DNA from: Patescibacteria group bacterium
Lineage (GTDB): Bacteria; Patescibacteriota; Microgenomatia; Levybacterales; UBA12049
Assembly: GCA_023484045.1 (NCBI GenBank)
Contig: JAMDAA010000035.1
Coordinates: forward strand, 10,966 to 74,965
Direction of reading: 5' to 3'
Length of the DNA stretch: 64,000 nucleotides
Made by a program: the position numbers and the translations under genes. Position 1 is the first letter of the stretch; each line of letters begins with the position of its first letter. Of the stretch, positions 46,718 to 55,161 are shown in pieces. The notes under the pieces were generated by a model that saw nothing but the letters and a program-made list of their open reading frames with translations, made no database searches and was not told where the DNA came from.

Positions 46718-47320
46718 ATGACAAAAATCTATACAAGAAAAGGAGATAAAGGAAAAACTTCTCTTTTTGGCGGAAAATGTGTTCAAAAATCAAATTCCCG
46801 GGTCGAAGCTTACGGGACAGTAGACGAATTAAATAGCGTGATTGGAATCGTTATTACTCAAGTTCAAAAATCAAAACTTCCTCCTTCGCTAAAGCTTCGG
46901 AGGACAAGCAAATCTCAAAACCATATCTTAAAGCTCAAAAATGAGTTGACCGAGATTCAAAAGGATTTATTTGAGATAGGAACAGAGCTTGCAGATCAAA
47001 AATCAGAAGTCAAAAATCAAAAACAACTCGCAGAGAGGATTGAAAAAATTGAGAAAGAGATCGATGAGATGGCGGAGCAACTGCCGGAAATTCACAATTT
47101 TATAATTCCCGGCGGGGGAGAAGCGGGGTCACTTCTTCACTTTTGTCGGGCAATCTGTCGGAGAGCAGAAAGAAGAGTGGTTGCATTGTCGAAAAAAGAA
47201 AAAATAAACAAAGAAATTCTCATTTATCTAAATCGTCTTTCGGACTTTTTGTTTATATCAGCACGATTTGTAAACAAATTAGAAAATAAAAAAGAAATAG
47301 TTTGGAGAAAAGAAATATGA
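46718..47320 (+). CDS. PduO-type ATP:cob(I)alamin adenosyltransferase, with two in-frame low-complexity insertions
   Basis: MTKIYTRKGDKGKTSLFGGKCVQKSNSRVEAYGTVDELNSVIG matches the PduO/MMAB N-terminus. Insertions are QVQKSKLPPSLKLRRTSKSQNHILKLK and ADQKSEVKNQKQ. Confidence 0.75.
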   Translation: MTKIYTRKGDKGKTSLFGGKCVQKSNSRVEAYGTVDELNSVIGIVITQVQKSKLPPSLKLRRTSKSQNHILKLKNELTEIQKDLFEIGTELADQKSEVKNQKQLAERIEKIEKEIDEMAEQLPEIHNFIIPGGGEAGSLLHFCRAICRRAERRVVALSKKEKINKEILIYLNRLSDFLFISARFVNKLENKKEIVWRKEI

Positions 47321-48675
47321 GAGGAAAAGAATTATTAACAGACGGAAGCGCGGCACTCCAGCCGGTTGTTAAACCGGAATTTAGGATTGTGGGAAGGAAT
47401 GAGAGGGAAGTAGTTGATTTAGAAATATATAGAAGAAAAAAAGAACTCCAGAAACCTATAGGACTTCAGAAATTTATAGATTTTCTCGACAGAAATTATC
47501 AGCAACAAAACTTAAAACGGGATTGGTATACATTAGATAAGGAAGTTGGGTTTAGTATGGATGCTCAAATGAGAATTTTTGAAGAAGCAGGAGAAAATAA
47601 GGCGTTGGCAGTTACGCGTACAAAACAGGATATGTTAGGATTTTCTCTTGAGTATTTACGACAAGGAACAGTTATGCCGGCAGATTATGAAATAAAAGAA
47701 GAATCCGACGGAACACAGAAAGTTGTAAACCTCAAATATGGGAAAGAAATATTGGATACCGTCTCCGAAAAGGAAAGAAAAGGATCTGTAAAAAGATCGA
47801 TTGGGAGAGTCAGAGATTATCTTTTGGGAGAAGGCGAGGGATCAGTTGGTATAGTTGTTAGTCCTCCAGGGTGGACAGGTCTTAAGACAGACAGAGGAGA
47901 GCCTATTATTTATGATCAAACTCAAATTTTATACTTCCAAAATACAGGAAATAGAATAGAAGAAACTACTTATAGAACTGATTTTGATCAACAAAAATGC
48001 AGAAAATTAATAGAAAGACTAACCGGTACAGAAATTCCGAGTAATGCTAATGTCGAAGATTATGTTGGTCAAATAGCTTTAATCGGACCATCGGCAGGGC
48101 ATTTAGCAAAAGAGCCAGAGGGACTTATAAATATTATGCAGGGAATCGGAGGATCAGCCTTTGCTTATGGAGATAAAACATGGGAAGACATGAGAAAAGA
48201 TTTAAGGCGAAGAAGAGAACTTTACGAATTTGACGCAAGAGCAAAGGAAATTCTTGATAAATTTGAAGTTTATGTTTTATCGCATGATCTAAATCCACTA
48301 CAGACACAGAAAGCGATTGCAGGAACAGTACTTCGTTTGTCCAAGTTTTTCCTATATGATGGCCAAGAAGATTATGATCAAGGAGAATTAACTCTAAAAA
48401 GATCGTCGTACACAGTTGTTTATCGCCGACCTGTAACTTATGGTCAGGTACTTGAAGAAGTTAAAAAATTACCAGGCTGTGAAGGAGGAGGGAATAAAAC
48501 AAGCGTTTTATCGGTTACCGAAAGAACAGGAACAGTGTTAACAAAAGATAGGGGATATAAATTTGATGATTACGAACATGGTTGCAAAAATTGCGGAAAA
48601 AAACCAACAGGGCCATGCCAAATATGCGAGCCCTGCACAGAAGATATAGAAAGAGCAGAGGCGGGTCTGGAATAA
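47317..48675 (+). CDS. Hypothetical protein with a C-terminal Cys cluster (zinc-ribbon-like), translationally coupled to pduO
   Basis: ATGA overlap with the pduO stop. C-terminal HGCKNCGKKPTGPCQICEPC. Confidence 0.4.
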   Translation: MRGKELLTDGSAALQPVVKPEFRIVGRNEREVVDLEIYRRKKELQKPIGLQKFIDFLDRNYQQQNLKRDWYTLDKEVGFSMDAQMRIFEEAGENKALAVTRTKQDMLGFSLEYLRQGTVMPADYEIKEESDGTQKVVNLKYGKEILDTVSEKERKGSVKRSIGRVRDYLLGEGEGSVGIVVSPPGWTGLKTDRGEPIIYDQTQILYFQNTGNRIEETTYRTDFDQQKCRKLIERLTGTEIPSNANVEDYVGQIALIGPSAGHLAKEPEGLINIMQGIGGSAFAYGDKTWEDMRKDLRRRRELYEFDARAKEILDKFEVYVLSHDLNPLQTQKAIAGTVLRLSKFFLYDGQEDYDQGELTLKRSSYTVVYRRPVTYGQVLEEVKKLPGCEGGGNKTSVLSVTERTGTVLTKDRGYKFDDYEHGCKNCGKKPTGPCQICEPCTEDIERAEAGLE

Positions 48676-48729
48676 TTTGTGACCTTAATATAATGACATC
48701 AAAAAATTTTAGTGTTATTATGATAGTGT

Positions 48730-49182
48730 ATGGACGACAAAACTCAAACAGATACTCAACAGACAGTTAACCAGTCATCTCAACCGCCTTCACAGGTTTC
48801 GCCTCAGAAGGTCGTGATTACTCCTCAGATTCAGCCGACGGCACCAGTACATAAAGAATTTGAGCGTCCGGTGGGTGTTTCGAGCGAATTAAATGATTAT
48901 GTAAAGTCTTCCGAAACACCGCCGCAGGTAGAGCAAGAAGTATTAGACGCAGGAGTTCAAAAAGTAGATCATTTACCAAAACTTTCTGATCAGCATAATA
49001 ATATCGGCGTAAAGCATTCGATTCCGCCTGTGTCAAGAACAATTGCCGAACCTTCAGTTGTTCTTCCGATGACCAAACAAGAAGCCGAAAAAACGTTGAG
49101 ACACAATCCGGTCTCGAGCGCGATAAAATGGAAAGCAGCAGAAGTTTTAAAACAATTTTCAAAATTATTTATCGGAGGGTAG
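48730..49182 (+). CDS. Hypothetical Pro/Gln-rich protein preceding the VirD4-like ATPase
   Basis: 150-aa ORF ending 4 nt before the ATPase start. Confidence 0.3.
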   Translation: MDDKTQTDTQQTVNQSSQPPSQVSPQKVVITPQIQPTAPVHKEFERPVGVSSELNDYVKSSETPPQVEQEVLDAGVQKVDHLPKLSDQHNNIGVKHSIPPVSRTIAEPSVVLPMTKQEAEKTLRHNPVSSAIKWKAAEVLKQFSKLFIGG

Positions 49183-49186
49183 AGTA

Positions 49187-51565
49187 ATGTTTTTACAGAC
49201 ACCATCGCTTGAAAATTTAGATACACTCATTATCTCATCTTTACTCGGTTTTTTAGCCGCAGCTATTTTGGTTTTGGGTTTGGCCGGAATTTTATATATC
49301 ATATTTCTAGTTTATAAAAACCGGAACCGCGAGAAAGAATCTTTAAATTCGACACTTCTTCAAATTTCTTTACCGCGTGACAACGAAATTAAAATCGATG
49401 CCGCAGAACAACTATTCTCGAGTCTTGCGTCGATTGGGAAAAGCGGAATGTTTTCTTTTTTAAAACCGCAACCTCATTTATCTTTCGAAATCGTCGGGGT
49501 GCCAGGGGATATCAGCTTTTTTGTATATGTTCCAAATTCGATTCGCGACCTCGTCGAAAAGCAAATTAACGGCGCATATCCAGACGCAGAGATAAAACCT
49601 GTAGATATAGGAAGTTATAATAAAAAAGAATATACGGTTGGAAATGAATATAATATTTTTTCAGAAGCAGGAAAGGTCGCGTTCACCTCTTTAAAACTCA
49701 AATCATCGAATTACCACCCGATAAAAGTTTTTAAAGATCTACCGACAGATCCGCTATCATCGATAACATCAGTTTTAGCAAAGATGACAGAAGGAGAGGG
49801 GGCGGCGATTCAGATTTTAATAAGTCCGGCCGATGACAAGTGGAGGAAACAGGGACGATCTTATATAGCAAAAACTAAAAAAATTGAAGCTAATCCCGAA
49901 ACTGCAAAATATGCATCAGACTCTAAAGAACTCGAGGCGATCGAAAGCGAAATATCAAAGTCCGGATTTAACACGGTCGTGAGAATAGTTGTGTGCTCAA
50001 GTACGATCGAATCTGCCAACGCGCACCTGAGCAATATAAAAACAAGTTTTGGACAGTTTAGCGGTCTTAATTCTTTTAAGAAAAACCGTCATTGGTTCAA
50101 AGGGCTTTTTATGAATGACTTTATTTATAGATATATGCCGCTTTTCGACCAAACCTCGGTCATGTCAAGCGAGGAGTTGGCGACAATATTTCATCTGCCG
50201 AATAAAAGCATCACAACTCCGCATATTCATTGGGTAACGGCCAAACGCGCTCCGGCTCCGGCGCAGATTCCGGAAAGCGGTTTGTACCTTGGCAAAAGTT
50301 CGTACAGAGGAATATCAAAACCCGTTTATATCGGACTCGAAGATCGGAGAAAACACATGTACATAATCGGAAAAACAGGCGTTGGAAAATCCGAATTTAT
50401 GAAAGAAATGATCATGCAGGATATAAAAGCGGGTGAGGGAGTTGCGGTTATCGATCCGCACGGAGATTTAATCGACGATATTTTACTATTAATGCCTTCA
50501 AACAGATCAGAAGACGTAATTTTATTCGATCCGTCTGACACCCAAAGACCGATGGGTTTTAATATGCTTGAGGCTCAAACAGAGGAACAAAAGCATTTGG
50601 TAACAACCTCAATTATAGGACTCATGTATAAACTTTTCGATCCGCATCAAACCGGAATTATCGGTCCTAGATTTGAACACGCGATTAGAAACGCGATGTT
50701 GACTGTTATGTGTGAGCCGGGAAATACTTTTGTCGAAGTTGTCCGTGCGCTTACAGATGCTGCATTTGTTCAGGAGCTTTTGCCAAAAGTTCAGGATCCG
50801 ATCATCAGGCGTTACTGGACAGATCAAATCGCGCAAACTTCGGATTTTCATAAGTCCGAAGTTTTGGATTATATCGTTTCTAAATTCGGCCGATTCGTCA
50901 CGAATAAAACGATCCGAAATATTATCGGGCAATCAGACAGCGCGTTTAATTTTAGAAAAGTAATGGACGAAGGAAAAATTTTATTGGTCAATCTTTCAAA
51001 GGGAAAAATAGGGGAGGAAAATTCTAACTTCTTGGGTTTAGTTCTTGTGCCTAAAATATTAATCGCCGCGATGTCGCGTCAGGACATAGCGAGAGAGCAA
51101 CGACGAGACTTTTTCTTATATGTTGATGAGTTTCAGAATTTCGCGACGCCAGATTTTGCGCAGATTTTATCAGAAGCCCGAAAATACAAGCTTAATTTAA
51201 CCGTTGCGAACCAATTTATCGGCCAAATGGAAGAAGAAATTAAAAATGCGATTTTTGGAAACGTAGGAACGGTCGTTGCGTTCAGAGTCGGAGTAACAGA
51301 CGCAAATTATTTACAGCATGAATTCCAGCCGGTTTTTACAGAAGCGGATTTAATAAACGTCGAAAGATTTAACGCCTACGTCAAGACGGTAGTAAACGGC
51401 GAACCGGTTCCACCGTTTTCGATGGATTTAGTAAAAGACATTAATAAAGAAAAAGAATTACAGAACCCGAGAGTCGCAGAGCTCGTTAAAGAACTTTCAA
51501 GGCTTAAATACGGGAAAGACGCAAGAGAAATCGAAAACGAAATCGCCGAAAGAGCCAGGTTGTAA
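49187..51565 (+). CDS. VirD4/TraG-like (or VirB4-like) type IV secretion ATPase with an N-terminal TM anchor
   Basis: N-terminal hydrophobic helix pair (LIISSLLGFLAAAILVLGLAGILYIIFLVY). Walker A IIGKTGVGKSEF followed by AVIDPHGDL. Walker B-like LYVDEFQNF. 792 aa. Confidence 0.55.
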   Translation: MFLQTPSLENLDTLIISSLLGFLAAAILVLGLAGILYIIFLVYKNRNREKESLNSTLLQISLPRDNEIKIDAAEQLFSSLASIGKSGMFSFLKPQPHLSFEIVGVPGDISFFVYVPNSIRDLVEKQINGAYPDAEIKPVDIGSYNKKEYTVGNEYNIFSEAGKVAFTSLKLKSSNYHPIKVFKDLPTDPLSSITSVLAKMTEGEGAAIQILISPADDKWRKQGRSYIAKTKKIEANPETAKYASDSKELEAIESEISKSGFNTVVRIVVCSSTIESANAHLSNIKTSFGQFSGLNSFKKNRHWFKGLFMNDFIYRYMPLFDQTSVMSSEELATIFHLPNKSITTPHIHWVTAKRAPAPAQIPESGLYLGKSSYRGISKPVYIGLEDRRKHMYIIGKTGVGKSEFMKEMIMQDIKAGEGVAVIDPHGDLIDDILLLMPSNRSEDVILFDPSDTQRPMGFNMLEAQTEEQKHLVTTSIIGLMYKLFDPHQTGIIGPRFEHAIRNAMLTVMCEPGNTFVEVVRALTDAAFVQELLPKVQDPIIRRYWTDQIAQTSDFHKSEVLDYIVSKFGRFVTNKTIRNIIGQSDSAFNFRKVMDEGKILLVNLSKGKIGEENSNFLGLVLVPKILIAAMSRQDIAREQRRDFFLYVDEFQNFATPDFAQILSEARKYKLNLTVANQFIGQMEEEIKNAIFGNVGTVVAFRVGVTDANYLQHEFQPVFTEADLINVERFNAYVKTVVNGEPVPPFSMDLVKDINKEKELQNPRVAELVKELSRLKYGKDAREIENEIAERARL

Positions 51566-51643
51566 CCCCTTTTTCTTGACAGCACGTCAATATTTTCGTA
51601 CGCTAGAATTATATTCTAAGAAATATTATTTAAATGTCCAATT

Positions 51644-52336
51644 ATGACACGGATAATAGATCGGCAAAAAGCTATTAGACTAAGAAAACAAGGAAAGACA
51701 TATAGTGAAATAAAGAAAGAATTAAAAATCTCTAAAAGTACTCTTTCTGATTGGTTGTCAAACTTTTATTTGACAAATGAACAACTTAAGTTATTAGAAA
51801 AGAGTATCAAAAGAAAAAAAGAATTAGCCATAGAGAAATATAGGGGAACGATGCATTCAAAACGAGAAACAAGATTAGAAAAGATTTATGATATTCAAAA
51901 AAGAACAATTCTTCCATTATTAAAAAAAGAATTGGATATTGCTGGATTATTTTTGTATTGGGGAGAAGGAAATAAGAATTTGCAAGGACCGGTATCGATT
52001 AATAATACTGATCCTCAGGTTCTTTTGTTTACCCTATATTGGTTAACAAAAATTATAATGGTGCCAAAAGAGAAAATTAAAGTGTATATTCATCTGTATG
52101 CAGATATGAATATAAAGAAAGAAATTAATTATTGGAGCACAACTTTAAATATCTCATTATCTCAATTTAATAAACCCTATATTAAAAAAAGTAAAAGAAT
52201 AGATCTGGATCAAAAAGGATTTGGCCACGGAACATGTGCCTTAGTCGTTAATAACGTAAGGCTTAAAGAAAAAATTTTAATGAGTATTAAAGTAATAGCT
52301 GACTACTATAGTAGATTGAATCTGTGCTATAATTGA
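51644..52336 (+). CDS. HTH-domain protein, possible LAGLIDADG-like homing-endonuclease relative
   Basis: N-terminal GKTYSEIKKELKISKSTLSDWL helix-turn-helix. Later DIAGLFLYWGEGNKN loosely resembles a LAGLIDADG motif. Weak. Confidence 0.3.
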   Translation: MTRIIDRQKAIRLRKQGKTYSEIKKELKISKSTLSDWLSNFYLTNEQLKLLEKSIKRKKELAIEKYRGTMHSKRETRLEKIYDIQKRTILPLLKKELDIAGLFLYWGEGNKNLQGPVSINNTDPQVLLFTLYWLTKIIMVPKEKIKVYIHLYADMNIKKEINYWSTTLNISLSQFNKPYIKKSKRIDLDQKGFGHGTCALVVNNVRLKEKILMSIKVIADYYSRLNLCYN

Positions 52337-52346
52337 GCAGTTAAAG

Positions 52347-52418
52347 GGGCTCGTAGCTCAGCGGGAGAGCGGTTGTCTTATAAACAACAGGTGCTTGGTT
52401 CGACCCCAAGCGGGCCCA
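52347..52418 (+). tRNA. tRNA-Ile (anticodon TAT)
   Basis: GGGCTCGTAGCTCAGCGGGAGAGCGGTTGTCTTATAAACAACAGGTGCTTGGTTCGACCCCAAGCGGGCCCA. Anticodon stem GTTGT/ACAAC, loop CTTATAA. Confidence 0.75.
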
Positions 52419-52470
52419 CTTCGAATCCAAGCGGACGCACAAGTAAATCTCAAATCTCAAAAATCAAATC

Positions 52471-52860
52471 TCAAATCTGAGAAGCGATAGATTTAACTCT
52501 TATGATCTCATATTTATTCCATTTTTCTTGAAAATCAATCATAATTGATATCTCATCATTTGTTAATTCAATGTTTTTGGGAACCACAATTAATTTATCG
52601 TCATCATCGTTCAATCTATGGATTACAGCAATGACCTTGCCTTTTACCCGATTAACAGGAGTATTCACCCCAAGAAAATATACGTCTAATTCTTCTCCGT
52701 CTGGAGCTTTTGTATTTGGTATATATCCATAATTAGCTAAATATAAAAAACCATGCTTAGGATGTTTAGTTCCAAGTGGTCTATCGATAAAAACCTCCAC
52801 CTCTTTTCCTAAATATTTTGAAGCCATCAAAAAAGATCGCGTTTTATTTTTCATAAGCAA
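52471..52860 (-). CDS. ppa: Family I inorganic pyrophosphatase-like protein (short form)
   Basis: LANYGYIPNTKAPDGEELDVYFLG...GKVIAVIHRLNDDDDKLIVVP aligns with the PPase core (NYGYIxxTLxxDGDPVDVLV ... GVLxMxDExGxDxKLVAVP). It is about 45 aa shorter than E. coli Ppa. Confidence 0.5.
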   Translation of the reverse strand: MLMKNKTRSFLMASKYLGKEVEVFIDRPLGTKHPKHGFLYLANYGYIPNTKAPDGEELDVYFLGVNTPVNRVKGKVIAVIHRLNDDDDKLIVVPKNIELTNDEISIMIDFQEKWNKYEIIRVKSIASQI

Positions 52861-52917
52861 AATTATAACATCTTTGTAAATTTTAAGCTAAAAAAATTAG
52901 ATGAGTCTACTTTTTCG

Positions 52918-53778
52918 TTAAAGTTCTATGAGGTGAGCGTTTTCTTTTGCGCGGTCTTTAACAAACTCCAAATATCTTTCTGTTGTCGAAAGTCTTTTGT
53001 GTCCCAAAATCTTTGAAAGTATAACCAGAGAAACACCGTGTTTTAAATGATGGGCGACGAAAGTGTGTCGGAGGTCGTTTACTTTTGCATTTTTTATGTC
53101 ACAAAGTCTAAAGTAACGTTCGATCGCGGTTCTTATATTTCTTATTAAAAACGGCTTGCCTGATTTTGTAACAAAAATCCGGTCTTCTTTAACTTCTGGT
53201 CTTGCTTTTATGTAGCTATCTAAGGCATCTTTCGCAGCTTTGTTTAAAGGAACAATTCTTTCTTCGTGTTTTTCAAACGCCTGAATTCTTAAATTATCGC
53301 CGTTCATATCCGAAAGACGAAGACCCGCTAATTCTCCGATCCTTATGCCTGTTTGCAAAAGGAGTTCGATAACGGCAAACATCCTGCAATCGTTTCTTGC
53401 AGCATCCCGTAAGGCTCTGTATTCAGTCGGGGCTAAAATTCGGGGTGGGGCAAGTTCATATCTTGGATGATTTATCAAAAGAGAGGGGTCCTCTACGACA
53501 TACTCATTACTCTTTAAAAACCTATAAAACGTACGTGTTGAGTTAATTTTTCGTGAGATTGATTTCGGCGTGTATCCATCTTTTGATAATTTCGCCAAAA
53601 AAGCCTCGAGATTCTCTTTTGTAGCCTCATGAATATTGTTTTTCGATAATTCCTCTAAGAATAGAACTAACTGCTCGATATCTTTCCCATATGCTACAAT
53701 GGTAGAGTTCGAGTGATGTTTTTCTTTGAGAAAATTCTTAAATTGAACGTGGGCATCTCTAACTTTTATTATTTTCAT
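52918..53778 (-). CDS. Tyrosine recombinase, XerC/XerD / phage-integrase family
   Basis: N-terminal SAM-like core-binding domain. Catalytic region has RIGELAGLR (R), HTFVAHHL (HxxR) and LSTTERYLE (Y). Confidence 0.8.
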   Translation of the reverse strand: MKIIKVRDAHVQFKNFLKEKHHSNSTIVAYGKDIEQLVLFLEELSKNNIHEATKENLEAFLAKLSKDGYTPKSISRKINSTRTFYRFLKSNEYVVEDPSLLINHPRYELAPPRILAPTEYRALRDAARNDCRMFAVIELLLQTGIRIGELAGLRLSDMNGDNLRIQAFEKHEERIVPLNKAAKDALDSYIKARPEVKEDRIFVTKSGKPFLIRNIRTAIERYFRLCDIKNAKVNDLRHTFVAHHLKHGVSLVILSKILGHKRLSTTERYLEFVKDRAKENAHLIEL

Positions 53779-53828
53779 TAGAATTTAATAAAGCCTATAA
53801 TATCAACAAACGTTAAGATAGTCAAGAT

Positions 53829-54173
53829 GTGAAAAAAATATTATTTTTCACGGTTTTAATCGCATCGATCTTTATAATAAACGGCCTAGTACGCTCGATT
53901 TGCGGTCTTTGGCAAAAACAGGGGTTAGTCGCGACCGCACAAAAAGAACTCGATCGGCAAAAACAGGAAAACAAAAATCTTAAAAAAAAGCTCACAGAAG
54001 TCCAAAATCCTAAATTTCTAGAAGAGCAGGCGAGAAACAAGCTGCTTTTGGTTAAAGAGAATGAGCAGGAAGTAATAATCCCGAAAGAATTCTTGGGAGC
54101 TTCGGATTCAGCTAGGGGGAAAAAGAGCGATTCGCGGCCAAACTGGCAAAAATGGTGGGATTTATTTTTCTAG
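53829..54173 (+). CDS. FtsB/DivIC-like septum-formation initiator
   Basis: N-terminal TM, a coiled coil (ELDRQKQENKNLKKKL) and NPKFLEEQARNKLLLVKENEQEVIIP, like the FtsB C-terminal motif. Confidence 0.6.
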   Translation: MKKILFFTVLIASIFIINGLVRSICGLWQKQGLVATAQKELDRQKQENKNLKKKLTEVQNPKFLEEQARNKLLLVKENEQEVIIPKEFLGASDSARGKKSDSRPNWQKWWDLFF

Positions 54174-54176
54174 AAA

Positions 54177-54422
54177 TTAGATTTTTAAACCTAAAATTTT
54201 CATCTTTTTATCTCTCCTCCAACCTTTAATTTGGCTCTCTCTTTTTAGGGCTGCAAATTTTGATTCAAGTGGTTCGGCATAAAGTAGTTTTACTGGTTTA
54301 TGAGACCTTGTGTATCTCCCGCCTTTCCCATTTTTATGATCCACAAATCTTGCATCGGGATTATTTGAGGAACCCGTATATAAACTGCCGTCAGAGCATA
54401 GAATAATGTAAACGAACCACAT
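54177..54422 (-). CDS. GIY-YIG nuclease-domain protein (UPF0213-type)
   Basis: MWFVYIILCSDGSLYTGSSNNPDARFVDHKNGKGGRYTRSHKPVKLLYAE... has the classic GIY...YTG...R...H...G...E pattern. Confidence 0.75.
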   Translation of the reverse strand: MWFVYIILCSDGSLYTGSSNNPDARFVDHKNGKGGRYTRSHKPVKLLYAEPLESKFAALKRESQIKGWRRDKKMKILGLKI

Positions 54423-54685
54423 AAAAGTGCTTGCACTGAACGGAGCGAAGCCTAGAAAAAGATATGTCCTTCGATAAACTCAGGACAATTCGCCGCTTCT
54501 ATTCTAAATGCTTGCAATGAGCAAGCCCGAATGAAATGAAGGGCGCGTCGAATTGTTGCGGGGCTGGGAGTTGCGCCCAGCCTGTGAGATTATGAGCCTC
54601 ACGTGCACTGTACACTACCCCGCGCGTGCGTACTATTATAACAATTGATTTCACCTTGGTCAACCTGATATACTTTGATCTGAAA

Positions 54686-54762
54686 GCCAGGGTAGCTCAG
54701 TCGGTAAGAGCACAGCATTCATAACGCTGAGGTCGTGGGTTCGATTCCCACCCCTGGTACCA
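54686..54762 (+). tRNA. tRNA-Met/Ile2-type (anticodon CAT), CCA encoded
   Basis: GCCAGGGTAGCTCAGTCGGTAAGAGCACAGCATTCATAACGCTGAGGTCGTGGGTTCGATTCCCACCCCTGGTACCA. Whether it is elongator Met, initiator or lysidine-Ile2 cannot be decided from the sequence. Confidence 0.8.
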
Positions 54763-54852
54763 TAAAGCAGAACAAGTTCGCTTTATGGCCATGAAGTGAT
54801 CTTTGATCTACTTCATTGGCTATTAATGTTTCTTTCGAATCAATAGAAACAA

Positions 54853-55158
54853 ATGTCAAAACTTACGCATTGTGTTTACGTTTTGTTTAGTTTAAAAGAT
54901 AAAAATTTTTATATTGGATCTTCTTCAAATTTAAAGTCAAGATTAACGGACCATTTTAATGGAGAAGTTAAAAGCACTTTGTTCAGAAGACCATTTAAGC
55001 TTATTTTTTGTGAATATTTTTTATCTAAAAAAGATTCGTTAAGGAGAGAAAAATATTTTAAAACGACTTCAGGAAAAAAGGCATTAAAATTAATTATTAG
55101 AAAATCGCTTGATGAATTAATGCCTAAATTGGTTTCAAGAAATGCAAATTCTGTCTAA
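54853..55158 (+). CDS. GIY-YIG nuclease-domain protein (second intact paralog)
   Basis: ...CVYVLFSLKDKNFYIGSSSNLKSRLTDHFNGEVKSTLFRRPFKLIFCEYF... Confidence 0.7.
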   Translation: MSKLTHCVYVLFSLKDKNFYIGSSSNLKSRLTDHFNGEVKSTLFRRPFKLIFCEYFLSKKDSLRREKYFKTTSGKKALKLIIRKSLDELMPKLVSRNANSV

Positions 55159-55161
55159 ATT

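Noticed and set aside
52347-55160. Prophage or large integrated element at tRNA-Ile / tRNA-Met
   Set aside because: Only a recombinase and small genes are present. There are no capsid, terminase or replication genes and no att direct repeat visible by eye. At most this is a small integrative remnant.
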